Below, piece after piece: positions 10,801 through 24,135 of a stretch of 64,000 bases of DNA. The notes below the pieces were generated by a model. That model had not been told where the DNA came from. It did no database searches and was given only the letters and a program-made list of their open reading frames with translations. The DNA comes from Tubulanus polymorphus (Eukaryota; Animalia; Nemertea): positions 8,866,001 to 8,930,000 of the forward strand of contig NC_134028.1 of assembly GCF_964204645.1 (NCBI RefSeq), in the 5' to 3' direction. Made by a program: the position numbers and the translations under genes. How positions within the stretch are numbered: position 1 is the stretch's first letter; each line of letters opens with the position of its first letter.

Positions 10801-13800
10801 GGCGGCTATAGAAATGAACTGTCCATTGAGATTTACAAAAAGACCCAGCCGATTAGGAGAAACAAGGTATCATTATTTTCTAGGCTAACCCTTAAAAAAA
10901 ACATCACTTACCAGGTAACCGAATGCTCCCGACCAATCACCTGTGTCGAGTGATTTACCATATCCAGCGACGGGTACTACAACGAATTCTACACGCAGTC
11001 CCTGATAATCATAAAGGTATTTTCTTAATTTTTTCAAGATGTCGACGCATAAACCTTGAAAGTCTGACAAACGTTTCGTCTTGTTGTCGTACACGTAGTC
11101 GATTGTATCAATGGTTTTGTGATAAATAAAAGGCTCATCCTGAAATTCAGATATAAAATGAAATGCACGTATAACTCATATCAATGCTACAAAATCATGA
11201 TGCGTGAATTCGCTCGTTTTACTCCTAACAAAAGGAGTGGTCGAATCAGCTAGAAAAGGGGTTTTCTGACCGTGTCAGAGTCTTACGATGTTATTAGGTT
11301 CAAATCAACGAGAGGGAAGTACGTGGCTGTCTCACGATGCCATCAGGTTCCACTAACCACGAGTGACGAACGTGGCTGGGTCTCACGATGCTATACGCCG
11401 TTACGACGGCAGCCGATGTTCTGACTTACCAGCACTGCTGCAATTGTGATTCTTTTGACGTCGTCTCGTTTTGCTGATGTGAATAGATGCGGCAAAACAT
11501 TGTCAATTGATGACCAGAGTTTCTGTTTTATAGTAAAAAAGAACCAGCGTGAGGCGTCGCCATTTCTTTTTGTTTTTACTTCGTATCGACATGATATTTT
11601 TTATGACAACTTACATCTCTGAAATAGCCACGCATATTCTTTATTCTCAAAAATAAGGTGAAATTTTTCCTGGTTCCGAATTCGTCGAATAAGATGTTAC
11701 CAGCAATATGCATAGTACTCCTCCACCACTTACGTTCATTTATAACATTGTTTACAGTGACCTTAAACGATAAAAGGCTGCATTTATCAACGTGTTGGGC
11801 ACCGATCCCCCATAGATACCAATTTAATACGTCAGGATACGGCTTAAAACACAATTCTAATTGCATTCATTTGTTACAGCTTAATTCAATGATTTGTACA
11901 CAGTCACATACTCGTCACATATAAGTCGTCACATGGCCATGTCCTATGTGATCTTCTCTGAGGCTCACATGTATATAAAGAATGCGATGAAGATGATGGA
12001 ACTGAGAAAATAGGCGGAACAGACATGCAGGAGATGCGGGATGTGTAAAAGTGGGAATTCAGGAATATTGCACAAATTACAAAAGATGACCGAGACATCC
12101 CACCGCCCGCTCAACACTCAGTTTGATACCAAATGAGTATTCCGTATGCTCCCCGTAGGGTGATGCTTATTTTCACGAAAATACCGAGATAAAGTAACAA
12201 TAAGCAGAATTATCATCAAAGTACAAAGTACGGGTTCAAAAAAATACAAAATCCAAAACGAAAACGAATGGCTAAATAGCAATCTACCAATCTGCTGTTA
12301 ATACGAATGATGCAACCAGAACGTAAAAGCATTGATGAGTCACATTCAGAAATATTTTCTAGAAGCAAAATCGTCTTCAAGAAGACTGGATGCCCTATAA
12401 GTTTTTTTTGTACCGTTTTGAGTTTTTTTGCCAATTTTTCGCGGGTGTAGTCGTTAAACGGTACTTCCTGTAATGCTCGAATCAGCACCAGCAACGGGTC
12501 GAGAGCTATAGAAACCTGATCAGTGTTTTCCACCCCGAACGTTTTCATCGCGTCTACCAAAGAATCGAACTTATTTCTGTTGTTTAAAGCCGGTAATGCA
12601 GATATGGCAAACCAGTATGTCCTTGTATCGTGTGACTTTCTAATTTCGTCCGGGTGACGTCTTAAATTTTCATCCTATTAATAGAGTGAGAATAGAATTA
12701 ATGAAATGAATACAGGCCCTTGCCGAGGGCGTAGTTTTTGTGTAGTGAACGAAGCCCCTGAAATTTACATAAGTGCCCTTCAACGTCAGTGTAGAAAAAT
12801 TTTGGTAAAGACTATTCGAAATTTGGATACAATTTTCAAGCCATTTTTTGGGAAATGAAAAGTAATCAATTCGCAAATTATCTATTCAGGTACCCGAGCG
12901 CTTCGTCTTTTAGATCTGTTCTTTTTCAATAGGAAAGTTTCACGTTGATAGAATAGATATTGAATTGGGCTGGAATAGAAGCACTCGATTAAAGCGAGGA
13001 TCAGGTTCGAATCCCTCTGAGGGAGGAACATGACGCAGAGTCCCGCGTCATTGTCAGGTTCAAATATTCCCTGCGAGAGTGCAGTGGGCCAGATCCTTAC
13101 GACGGCACCATGGAAATCGCCCGAATCCATGCGAGGGAGCATATCTCTTGAGGGTCACTTACCAAGTTAGCGTCCACCCACACAATTTTTCCTTTGCCTT
13201 GTGTTCGACGCTGCGTTTCAACTATTACCTAAAAATAAATGAGCCAATTTCAATATACATGGCAAACGCTTTTAAACATGTAGACAGAGAGTCTTTATTG
13301 CGATAAAAATACGTTAACAGTCAAATATATGTACATAATAAATACATATTAAGGTCCAAAGAGTTAACTTCCAGAGTTGAGAGTTGACTTCCTAACAGCG
13401 CATAAACACTCAATCTTACCTGGAAAATATCAAAATCTTTTTGGTCTAACCAGTAAAAAACAATATCAATGCCTTTTTCGACGATTCTTTTAGCGATTAC
13501 GGCAGCATCGAATTGTGTATTGGAATGAGATGGAAGTCCAACGTTTAACTCAATGTACTTGTTATCGCTACTAAATGCTTGCCGGATACTGACAGCTTCT
13601 ACAAGAGAAGCACACCCGAATTAAACAGCAAACTGAAGTCAATTCAGAATAAACAAAAACCTTATCCATATATGAGTACTGAAATAGTTATTCTTAACTT
13701 AATGATTAACTAATGAAGAACTCGACTAAATTACGAGCACTCGGCATTACCTTCTCGAAATATAATCTTTTTTATTTCAATATTAACTAAATCGACACAT

Positions 13801-15508
13801 TTATCACAGGGCCCACTGAATATACTTTGAATTCATTTTTCTACACAGTGATGATTTGTATAGTTTTCATCAAGTTTTCATAAATTCGTATTCGAAATGT
13901 AGCCTACGAGTGAACCTTAAGGATCCTCGATTGCCATGAGCGGAACCAACGATTACCATGCACATTAATCTCAATGTAAACAACTTACTCTCGGAGTATT
14001 CGGCAGCCGCGAGCAAGTAGATCCTGGTTCTGGAGTGGACCTTAGCGAAATCGAGGAAAACCTGTGTTGTATCTTTGAATAAGGGGAACATGTTGATTAT
14101 TGTAGAATTGCGGTATTTTGCGCTGCGTCGCTGTTTCATATCTTTCTGTCCCATCTCGTATATAATATACGGGATCGAATGAGCTGTCGCTATGTTTAGC
14201 ATTAATTCGTTTTCTTCGCCGATGAAAATGTCGTAATCAGCTTTTAGAATCGCATCACCTAAAAATGAAGTTTCGAATGTTTATTGACCAATTGAATTAA
14301 ATAACTACTGACTATAAATGAACTCTTGATTAAAGAGAGACCGGCGATAGACTGTCAGACTCGAACCATTCCGGAATATTCAAACCCGTGAATCTGGATT
14401 GCGCAACGGTGCGTCTAGGTTTTCTTAAAGTGGTAGACTGGAATGGGAAATTAGATTTTCGCGCAAAACACGAGGAGCACCAAAAGGAAATCTATGAAAA
14501 TCTAAGTCAAGTTACTTTTCCTGGTCTTTTTCGGAACCGATCCACCCCCTCCATGAATCAGCCCTTTGACGAGACACGGGTGGAAGGCTGGCCGGACTGC
14601 AAATACACTACATGAAAATAATCAAATTACATGAACCCTGGACTGACAGGGGACTAGGTATAACGAGGCCGTAGGGTGTTTTTGTCGTGCACTATGTTTC
14701 GACAAAAATAGGCTCGTGCGCGCCAATTTTCGCTGACTGTAAACAAATATGAACCGTGATCCCTGGCAAATTTATAAAGACTGAACGATGAAACTCACGT
14801 TGAGCGTCGTATAGCTCTGGTTTTACGTCAACCAATTGTGTATTCATTTTGTATCCACGACGTTCATTCGTACATAAAACCGGCGGGTTGTGATTCCAGT
14901 GCATCTGTATTTCTCCCAAAGCACTTTGCTGAGTATGCACCAAACCCCTTATGATCTTTCCTAACATATCCCTACGGTCAATCAATCCTATCAAAATAAC
15001 AGAAAAATAACACTAATTTGTCATCATTTCGATATGTAAGCGATTATTATTAAATCGCATTATCGTAAACAAATAGACGCATCAGAAATTGAAAAAAAAA
15101 TGTCTGTGACCCTAGTTTCAAAATAAGCTAATTGTTCCCGGATCTGCTATAAAAGAATATAAAACGAATATAAACGTATATGTCGAAATACAAATCCAAT
15201 CAGAGCCGCATATGAAAACATGTATCTGAAATAAAATATCTATGACCCAAGTTTTATAATGAGCTCATTGTTTCCGAATCTGCTATCAAAAATTATAAAA
15301 TGACGCGTAGAAATACAATTTCAACCAGAGCCGCAAGGACAAGGTCACCCCTTAAGCAAGACAAGGTCACCTCTAGACGCGGACCTCCAACCAACTGACC
15401 TATTTTAATGTTCCTGCACCGCGGTGTAGCGGAATCGTCGTCTTGTGCCGCTGTAATCACCACGAACAACCATAAGATTGAGCTGATTTTAACGTACATC
15501 CTGCCCAT
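7844..15508 (-). CDS. Divergent ionotropic glutamate receptor / ionotropic receptor (IR)-family channel subunit, 14 exons, ~890 aa
   Basis: Phase-consistent GT-AG exons: 15400-15508, 14799-14987, 13989-14258, 13420-13598, 13163-13228, 12414-12674, 11615-11761, 11430-11522, 10912-11139, 9562-10261, 9163-9319, 8854-9049, 8418-8463, 7844-7875 (sum 2673 nt). Contains a signal peptide, a long N-terminal domain, S1 (DEPF..FQGLCVDIL..GYG..GDWSGAFGYL..RLAVFDFT), M1 (KPFDLKVW), pore (FWYSYSTIIQAG), M3 (CYTGNLANFLT), S2, and M4 (LTINHFAGIIIVL). Confidence 0.92.
7952..8398. mobile_element. Decayed MITE (Harbinger-like) in the last intron of the receptor gene
   Basis: Imperfect inverted ends aggccacgtaaataattagcttgtttctcatc / gatgagaaacaatggtgattttttgtgggct. 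Confidence 0.5.
8567..8677. repeat. Small inverted repeat / mini-MITE
   Basis: ccctgccacactagac (~8569) and gtctagtgtggcaggg (~8659) are perfect reverse complements. Confidence 0.7.
10684..10886. mobile_element. Decayed MITE, probably related to 7952-8398
   Basis: Inverted ends tgatacctcgtttctc / gagaaacaaggtatca. Confidence 0.5.
12980..13145 (+). mobile_element. Possible tRNA-derived SINE fragment in a receptor-gene intron
   Basis: Perfect pol III B-box-like GGTTCGAATCC at ~13004 in a GC-richer patch. No cloverleaf or A-box recognised. Confidence 0.35.
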
Positions 15509-17888
15509 TTCCCCGACCAGTCTATTCGAAGGCGTTCCACCACCAGCCGAAGCAACACTCCATACAGCCAGTCAGCGTGTTGTGCGATAAAACGCTGTAC
15601 TGAATCTATAAAAGCCAGCAGCCACGGTTTTCGTTGTGTATACCAATAGATAAAACGCGCGTGTTTTTCGTAAATAGCATGTAGCAAACGCGCGCTTCGA
15701 GAAATGCTTTTGTCGCACGGTATATAATGGAAGCGTTATTGTACTTCATATTTTTACCGGGTCGCGAAAATTGGGCCACGGGATTAAAACCTGTTCGTTT
15801 ATCAACGCAAAAAAGCTTTCCAACGCAGCATTATAATTTTCTGCACTACTAGGAACCTGAACAATTAATCTAGGCCTTACGTAAGATTAGTTATTCATAA
15901 ATTTAGCCAGGGGTGTACGTAGATAGGGCAAACACCTAGGGCAAACATTGAAACCGGGCCACTTTTATGAGTTGCCTCTTGAGTAATCCGGCACTTAAAC
16001 AATAGAACCTTGGCTGTGTGACTTGACTATATAAACCCTGTATACTACTTGCACCTCACTTCTCTACTTACGTAGCAATACATGATGCTAGATGCACATT
16101 AGATCTTAGATTTGGTCGTTTCTTGTTGATCGGTTTACCTGGCTGATGCTGAACTACTTCGTCTGATCCGCTGTTGCTGTCTAAATCGCAGAAGGTAGCT
16201 TTACTGCTAACGTATAGATTTTTTATGCAAGATGATGTACCATACCGAGATCAATTCGGGTTCTCTACCATTGTAGAGGAAGAGACTGTAAGTCGGAATG
16301 CATGACGGTGTTACTCTTCGCGTGCTAAGGACATGTGTGGCTAGGTTGCACCATGGACTCCATGGTTTCACTGTGTATGGATACAGTTAACGCGGAGGTT
16401 GGTTTTTTAGTTTGAGAGGAGCATACGGGAATCAATATTCTCATATATAGAGCCGTTGTCATCGTGAAAAGTAGTATAACTATAAAAGTTTTCGTATGTC
16501 GCAGTGAAGTGTTGACAAGTTTGGGGTATTGAGGGACTAATTACAGAAATCCGTAAGACGAATAAATGTTCTTGAATTGTATATGTAAAAGATGTTCAAT
16601 GATTTAGATGGTGATCCCGTCGAAATTGTTATAGACTGGAAAGAAGGCATATCCTTAAGCTTGTTAGGCGTGTGATTGGATTCAGATTAAGCGAAGAGGC
16701 TTTTATGAAACTAAATAACCTTTTGTACGAATATACCAAAAGATCCTTTGGACGAGATAGTTCAGTATTCCATTCACCCTTTAAAGCTACTCCAGGAAAC
16801 ATCAAAGGTTAGTGTGATGACATATTTCCCATCACCTGCCTTTAAAAAGCCAACAACCAGTATGGTGGACGGGGACAGAATTTGGTGGTGGGATTGGTTT
16901 AAAACTTCTACTGAAAAACAGTAGAACCTCATTACTATGAACTTCGGGAACAGAAGGGAGGTTCAACCGATATTTCGTTACATCCAGATGCAAATGATTA
17001 AAGTGTTCTAATTGGGACACTATTTCATTCTGTTATATCCAATGAATCGTAATATCCGAGTTCGTAATAACTGTGTCTACTTTACATGTAGTTAATGTCG
17101 TTCTCTGTTCAAACGCAACCAGAAAACGAAAAAAATAAGATTTTGTTGCATTTGTTTTTGCACGGGGACTGGGGTTTTGTGTGGATGGGATGTTGGGAAC
17201 TTGGCACTCCTCATAGAGGAGCCCTAGTTAAATCGGTTTCAGTATTATCACTTGGATGAAAGTGCCTGCATTAAATATCCCAATATCCAGGGAAAATGTA
17301 CGTATTAGTCGAAATGATCGTCATGGTGATGGCGTCATGGAACAAAACGACGACTAACACTTGGTAAATTGAAATTAGAAATGCAATTGGGAATAAAACA
17401 CACAGACAACTTCGACGATTAATTGTTGCTAAAAGTCATCTATTTTGTGACGGTCGTGAACCGGATGTTGTTGTTCATGAATGCAATATACCCAGTATAT
17501 ACGTGTTACATAAATCACCGCGATTTTTTTCATTTTATGATTAATGGTGAAATGTAACTAAACTGGAGTTTAACTACGGACAATCTGCAGCCGGGAACTA
17601 ACTCCAAGCGGCAGATTGTTGACACATGCATAAATAGATGGGATGGGTGTGAAACGGATTGAGATGACCATGGTCCATATCTGTCAATCACTCAGACCCG
17701 AATGATCCTGCCCTAGCAAAGTGACATAAGATCATGCCACGTTTGAACATTACAATCCATTCCAGGAGATTTGCATGGATGAATCATAGATAGGCTTCAT
17801 GGAAGAGTGACGTACAAGCGATATTGTCCAAAGAAGCCTACCAAATGAGAGCTTCTCTCGAAAACGGCCGCATGCCCGCATTCAGGAT

Positions 17889-18524
17889 GATCGTCATTAG
17901 TTCCAAGACGAGTTTGCCGATGACGTCATACGTAAATAATAACATAACCACGTGCCGTTTCAACTCGACTTGAGACATCAGACGGTGGCCTAGCTCAGTC
18001 AGTTTTGGTGGTACATCCCTGAAAAAAGTCTTATTAGGACAAAGGACTGGCAGTTGACCTAAAAAATCGTTTTAATCCATTCTTGTATTTGCAGTGGCGT
18101 TGGTGCAGCGACTGCAGATGCGAAAGCCGCAGCAATAATTTACTGAATGACATTTTTTGTCTTTCTACACCACGTTTTTGAAGAAATTAAGTAAATTCAC
18201 CGCGGCAATATTTAGAACCTGTCCAAAATCGGCATTTGGCCGCAGCAATCAAAATTGCTTCCTACGTGCCTGATTTGAGGGTTTCACACCGTTCATCAAA
18301 GTTTCATGGAAACACTGTTTAAGATATTTACTACTTCTAAAAGAAAAGAATTCATTTTGTTTATTTACATACTAGTTTGTTTATGATTAAGCAATTCGGC
18401 GCACAGAATTGGTTAAATAAAGTCTTTGTATTTGAATTTGTTCCCCGCATCACGCACGCACGTGGTTATGCTATCATTTACGTATGACGTCATCGACAAA
18501 CTCGTCTTGCAACTAATGATGACC
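17889..18524. mobile_element. MULE-type MITE with ~70-bp TIRs and 9-bp TSD
   Basis: TIRs gatcgtcattagttccaagacgagtttgccgatgacgtcatacgtaaat.. / ..atttacgtatgacgtcatcgacaaactcgtcttgcaactaatgatgacc. ATTCAGGAT at 17880-17888 and 18525-18533. Confidence 0.82.
18092..18272. mobile_element. Small CAG..CTG-ended (hAT-like) insertion nested in the MULE MITE
   Basis: Starts CAGTGGCGTTGG and ends CCTACGTGCCTG. ATTTG lies on both flanks. Internal gccgcagcaat repeat. Confidence 0.45.
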
Positions 18525-21371
18525 ATTCAGGATATATTTTGAATAAAGTGGTCGAGATGACACCCAGGTTGTCGAACCAAAATTCAAATTCAAACTTTAT
18601 TCGGCACAAATATAAAAAAGACATTGTTTGCAACTGATACAGTTTCGGTAAAATCACGTATATACATAATAGGGAAGTTGCCGGTTTCCAGGCGCCAGGT
18701 CCCGCATTGTTGGAAAGATTTACACATTTTGTAAACTAAAACCTTTAGCGCGATTCATTGTAGTCCACTCTCTTTTGCTTCAAAACTTTAAGTCATGTAT
18801 CGTTAGAAAGGTGACCATTTCTATTCTCTGATGGTGTTTATTTTATTTTTCGCGGCTGCAACAATCAGATACGGCAACAATTTAAAAAATGTACGTCACT
18901 TAAAGGGAGGCGCCTCAAAAAGATTGGTAATTTTGTGTTATTGACTGTAACTTTTTCATGTTTTGAGATACAATGTAGAATTTTTCATTGAAGATAGAGT
19001 TTTATCTGAGGATTTTATTGATACAACATTGGCAAAAATATCTTCATAGAAACGCGTTTTTTTTGTTGAAAAAAAATATTAGTACGGCAAACCGAGTTTA
19101 GCAAATTTGGCTAGCTGAACGAAACTGGTCGCAGAATTTAAGTTTTCGAAAGTGGAGATTAAACTATTTACATCTAAGATAGATATATTCAATTCCTTTC
19201 TCAGATTAGCGACCCTTCTACAATGGAACAAAAGTGACATTCATCGTCCCACACATTACAGATAACGCACGAACCAGGATTAGCGAAAACTGGGCAAATT
19301 GTCCTCGACGTTGTGCCTTCGTTCGTCAATCGTGGGCACCATGTCTTTAACGACCGCCTGTATAGCAGCCCGGTGTATTGCCGGACATTATATACGGGTG
19401 TAAGACTTTGATACACGAATCCGTAACGATAATCCCGGATCAAACACGAGAGACAGCGATCGGTATAAATATATAGCGTAGCGTAGTTCAGTGTCGGTTA
19501 GTAGAATTGACAAGTTGAAACGTATGTTAGTATCTTATATACATAACAGTTACTATAAACAATACATAAATATACTTAAAACCAAGGTCACTAATTAGGC
19601 TTTGTCTGAGCTAGAACCCGTTAATCCGTGTTCCACTCAGGCCTAACACGGGAACCATTTTACTGCACAGGGCCGGTAAAGCTGCGCAACTAGAAATTCC
19701 GAGAGTGGATCCTGGTGAAATTATTGCTTATCGGAACGAGTAAATTATGATTATGAACTGGCGTGATAAAAAGAATTTCTATGATTTCCTCATTCGCACG
19801 ACGATCGAGGAGACGATAGATCGCGAGTCAATCGCCGAGGGCAACGCGACCCGATGACGAAACCGACATTGATGTGCGAATACAATAAACACATGTCAGG
19901 AGTCGACTAACGTACACTATCACCTAAATAAGTACTACGGCACCAGCAGAATATCCATCAAATAATGGGAAAGGTTCGGGCTCTTGAGAGCTGTGTAACG
20001 AATTCATATACGTACGTAACAAGCTACTGAACGCTGCCGCTGGCGTTGTTGTTCGGTCGTTGCTAAAATTTCGTGATTACAGTTAGTTCCGCCAACTGCC
20101 GATGACGCTCCCAGAAAAAAAGAGGACGACCCTCACTTAGACCACCGCGGGAAAGGCTAAATGGAAAGTTCCACGTGCTCCGTCGACGCAACTCCGCCGC
20201 AGATGGGATAAGGTCTGAAGCAATCGTTCGGGTGGCGCTCGTCGCACCACGGTTTATTGTTCTGGCTTCTAAATTGCAATGCAAAGACATTTTTTGTAGT
20301 GACCTCAACTTGACCTCAAATTCGAGGATCCTACCTTACAACCCGATGTCCAAACTTTTTACAACTGACATTTCCTGGTAGCTTCATCTATTTGCTTCAT
20401 TTATTAGCTTCATTTATACGATACATTGGTTTTAGGGGGTCTCTACACGAATTTCATTATGCAAATGGTAATAACAGAGAAATCGCCAAACAAGAATGAT
20501 TAGTAATTATACATGATGATGCTATACCAACGCTGAGATAGAAACTAGCCATCATCGAAAACCTACATAGGGGTACTATGGTCTCGTATGGTCAGCAACA
20601 GTCAAAACGGCAAACGGTGGTCACAAGTAGTCCGATTTCAAAATGATTTCCCATAAGTAATTGAAACCGATGTATTGAAACGTTCCATCGTTGTTACAGA
20701 AGATATACCCGATCGAATTCCAACGCGAAAAAATTGTTAGAGTCGTTAGAGTATTATTGTACTTTTTATTGCTATATTACTATTACATTGCCTTTTCTAA
20801 ATGTCTTAGGAAGCTCTTAGAACATTTTTGGTTAGAGTACCACCGTGGCAGTCGCGGCTCCCACGATGGCATCTCACGATTCCCGATGGCATCTCATGAT
20901 CTTTAGTTGGCACACGTCTTGTTGATCTTGATTCCTTATGTTTCTGAAATGCATGAGATCCGTCCTGCTTTAGAGTGAAACATTTCCAAATATACTGTTA
21001 AATCTAATCCTTGAGGATCCAAGGGACGTTGAAGTGTGATCTTTCATTTTGTCAAAATTGTCTGGTTCTAGTCATCGATACTTCCTTTTCTCACAGAAGC
21101 ATTTTGGTTTAGGCCCACTCGCAAAAGAAGTACGTTTTTTTCGAATATGAATAGTAGCGTCAGAAGAATGGACAAAGTATCGAACACAGGATATATACAG
21201 AGAAATGCCATTTATTTCGAGGACTATATAGAATACAGATAGATAATATTGGCTTCTAAAGATTCCCCGACACTCAATAAACAAGATCAAAAAGTTTCAA
21301 ATGATATATCGATGGCACTTAATTTGATTAAGTTGTGGGGTTATTTGCCAGAGGCTGCTCTGTCACTTTCT

Positions 21372-23732
21372 CTAGCAACCTTTTTTAGTGGTGTAACATG
21401 CTCCATTTTGGTCGCAAACCCACTTGCGAGCAATTCTCTCTAAAGAATCGGTCAATGGTTTCTTCTCGTTTTCCTCATCAGCTACAGCCATTGCCCAGAT
21501 GGACATAAAAATCCCACAAAGTGCGAACCTACGCAAGTAACCTTAAAGATAAAACATATCTTTACAGTACAGTATAACTCTTTTAATTCGGATCGGTTTT
21601 ATTTGGATTTTTCGGACTAAAATTCCAGTCCCCTCTACGTTATTTCTATTCAAATTACAAATTAAATGAAAATTAAAATGAATTCAAATTAAACATAGAA
21701 TTAGCTGAACGTGTAGACTGGTTTAAAGCAAACAAATAATCGTTAAATCTTAAAAAGGCGTACTACATTGTTTTTAATAGAAGACATTGCAATATCCCAA
21801 TGAACTTGTTTATGGTAAATCCCTATCCAGGGTTCAAGATAGCGAATTCATAGGCATTCAAATTGATTAAAAACTAAACAGGAACAAACACATAAGTATC
21901 ATATCCACAACGGATATCCGAAAACATTGGTATCATCTCCAAATTATCAAAAATTGTCCCGTGTAATGCACTAAGACTACTGTACTACAGTCTTACTACC
22001 CTCGCCTTGAATTCTATTTAAATATAACGTAACAAGAAATATTAGATTTAAATAAGAGTTATAATAAATTTCTTTATATAATGAAACATAGTTAAGATCT
22101 AATGTATAATTATCTTATAGATTTTAAAAAGAATTGAAAAAGAAATACAATAGTTAAACTAGAAAATCGCGCTGGTCTCTGGTGGGCTCGACACAATTAC
22201 AATTCTTATCTAAATCTAATATTTCTTGTTACTTTATATCTAAATAGAATTCAATTAAAAATTTAATAAACTAACTAACTAATATAATTCTAGTGTCGCG
22301 TAAAGAAATTTCTTAATCCACTAAATCTTTTTCAATATTAACTTTTTTTAAATCATTATTCTTATGATTATTTCCATTTAACTCAACTTCTTTAATTTCT
22401 TACTCAATTTCATATTTTCAATTAATAAATCTTTACTAATATTCTCATAACAAAAGTATAGCGCGGCCAAAATTAATCCTCCTGCTACAAGATAATGTTT
22501 TAAATCACTTTTTCCAGTTGAAATGAAACTATCCATTTATTTAAGAAAAAAAAAATTAAAAATTGATAAATATTTAAAACATATGATTTAATATCAAAGA
22601 TTCAAATTTAATATTTTATAAATCATTTTTGAAATATTTAACTTTTTTACATTTGAAACATACAATTTTATATTTAAGATTTGATTATAATATTTAACTT
22701 TTATATATTTGAAACGTATCATTCAATATGTTAATATTTCAACTTAATCTATTTTCAATAAAGAATTATTATTCTTATCATATTTGATATGTTTATTGGT
22801 TTGATAATGTTTTGATTTATGTGAATTTAAATATTTACCTCCGCAATAACAATACACTTTTTCATTAGGATTGAATTTTCTAAATTCACCATCTAAATTA
22901 CATTAAATTCCAATATCTTTATAAGAATTATTATTATCTGATTCACATTGAATTCCAATATTTAATGAATTTTCTTTATAAATAATTTGTTTATTATCAA
23001 AATTGAAAAATTGTCGTTTTTCAATTCTTAAGTTAATCAAATCATTGTAGCCTTTAGAAAGTATTAAATCATCATTTCTTCCATTAAAAGGAATTTTAAG
23101 AATATCTTTTATGTTTTCATCTAAATAACCTTTATAATTTAAAACTGTATTAAATATTTTAGGATTTTTGGTTCCATTATCTAAAGTATCTATTAGTTCA
23201 GTAATTAAATATAATTCATTTGATAATATTTGATTAAGTATAGTAATATTATTAATTTCATATTGTCTTGCATACACTAAATTCGTATTGTTTATTTCTA
23301 ATAAATCTTAACATTGCGATATTCTAGGTTGATAGTACGATTTCGAATACGTTGTAAAAAACGATATACAATTAAATGCTAGGAGGCGCTCCATAGTTCA
23401 GTCCAACATAACCAATTAATTGGGTGAACGAACTCGTGCGCCTGAGATTGTACAGGATTCATTCTCGAATCAGTAGAAACAAGAGGATCCATCTAAATTG
23501 ATGACAAGGGTGGAATTAGGGAGTGGTAACGATGGGCCAGACTTTCCATTGAGGTTGCCATTTTCATCGATAGGACTCATTTCAACAGTTTAGCAAAAAC
23601 CCTAGCGTCAGATCGCGAAATATGGAGAACTGGGTCCTGTTTACTGGGTACCGATATAGAAAACGATGGATCCTATACGCGCCAAGGTTTTATGAAAAAC
23701 TAGCTTAAAATGATCGTTAGCTTACCGATCAT
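21372..23732 (-). CDS. Secreted prepropeptide, paralogue 1 (58 aa): MIGYLRRFALCGIFMSIWAMAVADEENEKKPLTDSLERIAR-KWVCDQNGACYTTKKGC
   Basis: Coding exons 23726-23732 (ATG ATC G|gtaagc) and 21372-21541 (ttaag|GT TAC..TAG), 177 nt in total. Non-coding exon 1 has a gtgagt donor at 23936. AATAAA at 21211-21216 (-). The structure is conserved in paralogue 2. Confidence 0.82.
22000..23310 (-). mobile_element. Very AT-rich virus/Polinton-like fragment inside intron 2 of peptide gene 1
   Basis: Abrupt AT-rich island with compact, intronless, same-strand ORFs. 22744-23277 has one internal TAA and ends KVYCYCGGKYLNSHKSKHYQTNKH. 22378-22536 is 52 aa with one hydrophobic segment. No similar sequence seen in the paralogous intron. 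Confidence 0.45.
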
Positions 23733-23984
23733 GTTGGTGATGCTCAGCGTTGTGGGTGATCAATAAAACGGCACCTGCAAGGATGATATAAACACATTCG
23801 TGGAGAAAATTCACATGTCGTCACCATGAATATCGCAAATAGATAGAGGAGCCTTAATCCCAAAAGATTCGACTCAAGAATCAACAATAGTTGAAATGAT
23901 GTTCTTTCCTTGATACCATATTCAGCACATACTCACGTGTTTGGCAGGAATAATTCCAGCTATGTTCATCCCCCTTCCGATTGC

Positions 23985-24135
23985 CTTTTTAAATAATTTC
24001 AACCACATCGCTAACTAACTCACCATGCGGATCACCATGTAAATATCCCGTTTATTCAGGCGTTATAAGACAGGAATTTGAATCCACTCTTGTCCAAATG
24101 TCAAACAGACTCTTTCAATAATAAAAGCAGCTGGA
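23985..24135 (-). promoter_or_regulatory. Putative core promoter of peptide gene 1
   Basis: TATTTAAA (-) at ~23988-23995, about 50 nt upstream of the exon-1 donor. Blocks shared with the gene 2 promoter include ccacatcg.taactaact, ttcaggcg, aatttgaatc and aaaagCAGCTGg. Confidence 0.55.

Noticed and set aside
13000-13020. tRNA gene suggested by GGTTCGAATCC
   Set aside because: No acceptor stem or cloverleaf could be built, so it is kept only as a possible SINE.
18899-20430. Possible Kolobok element (TTAA-AGGG start, Cys-rich decayed frames at 19201-19443 and 20063-20400)
   Set aside because: No matching right TIR with TTAA found and no recognisable transposase motif.
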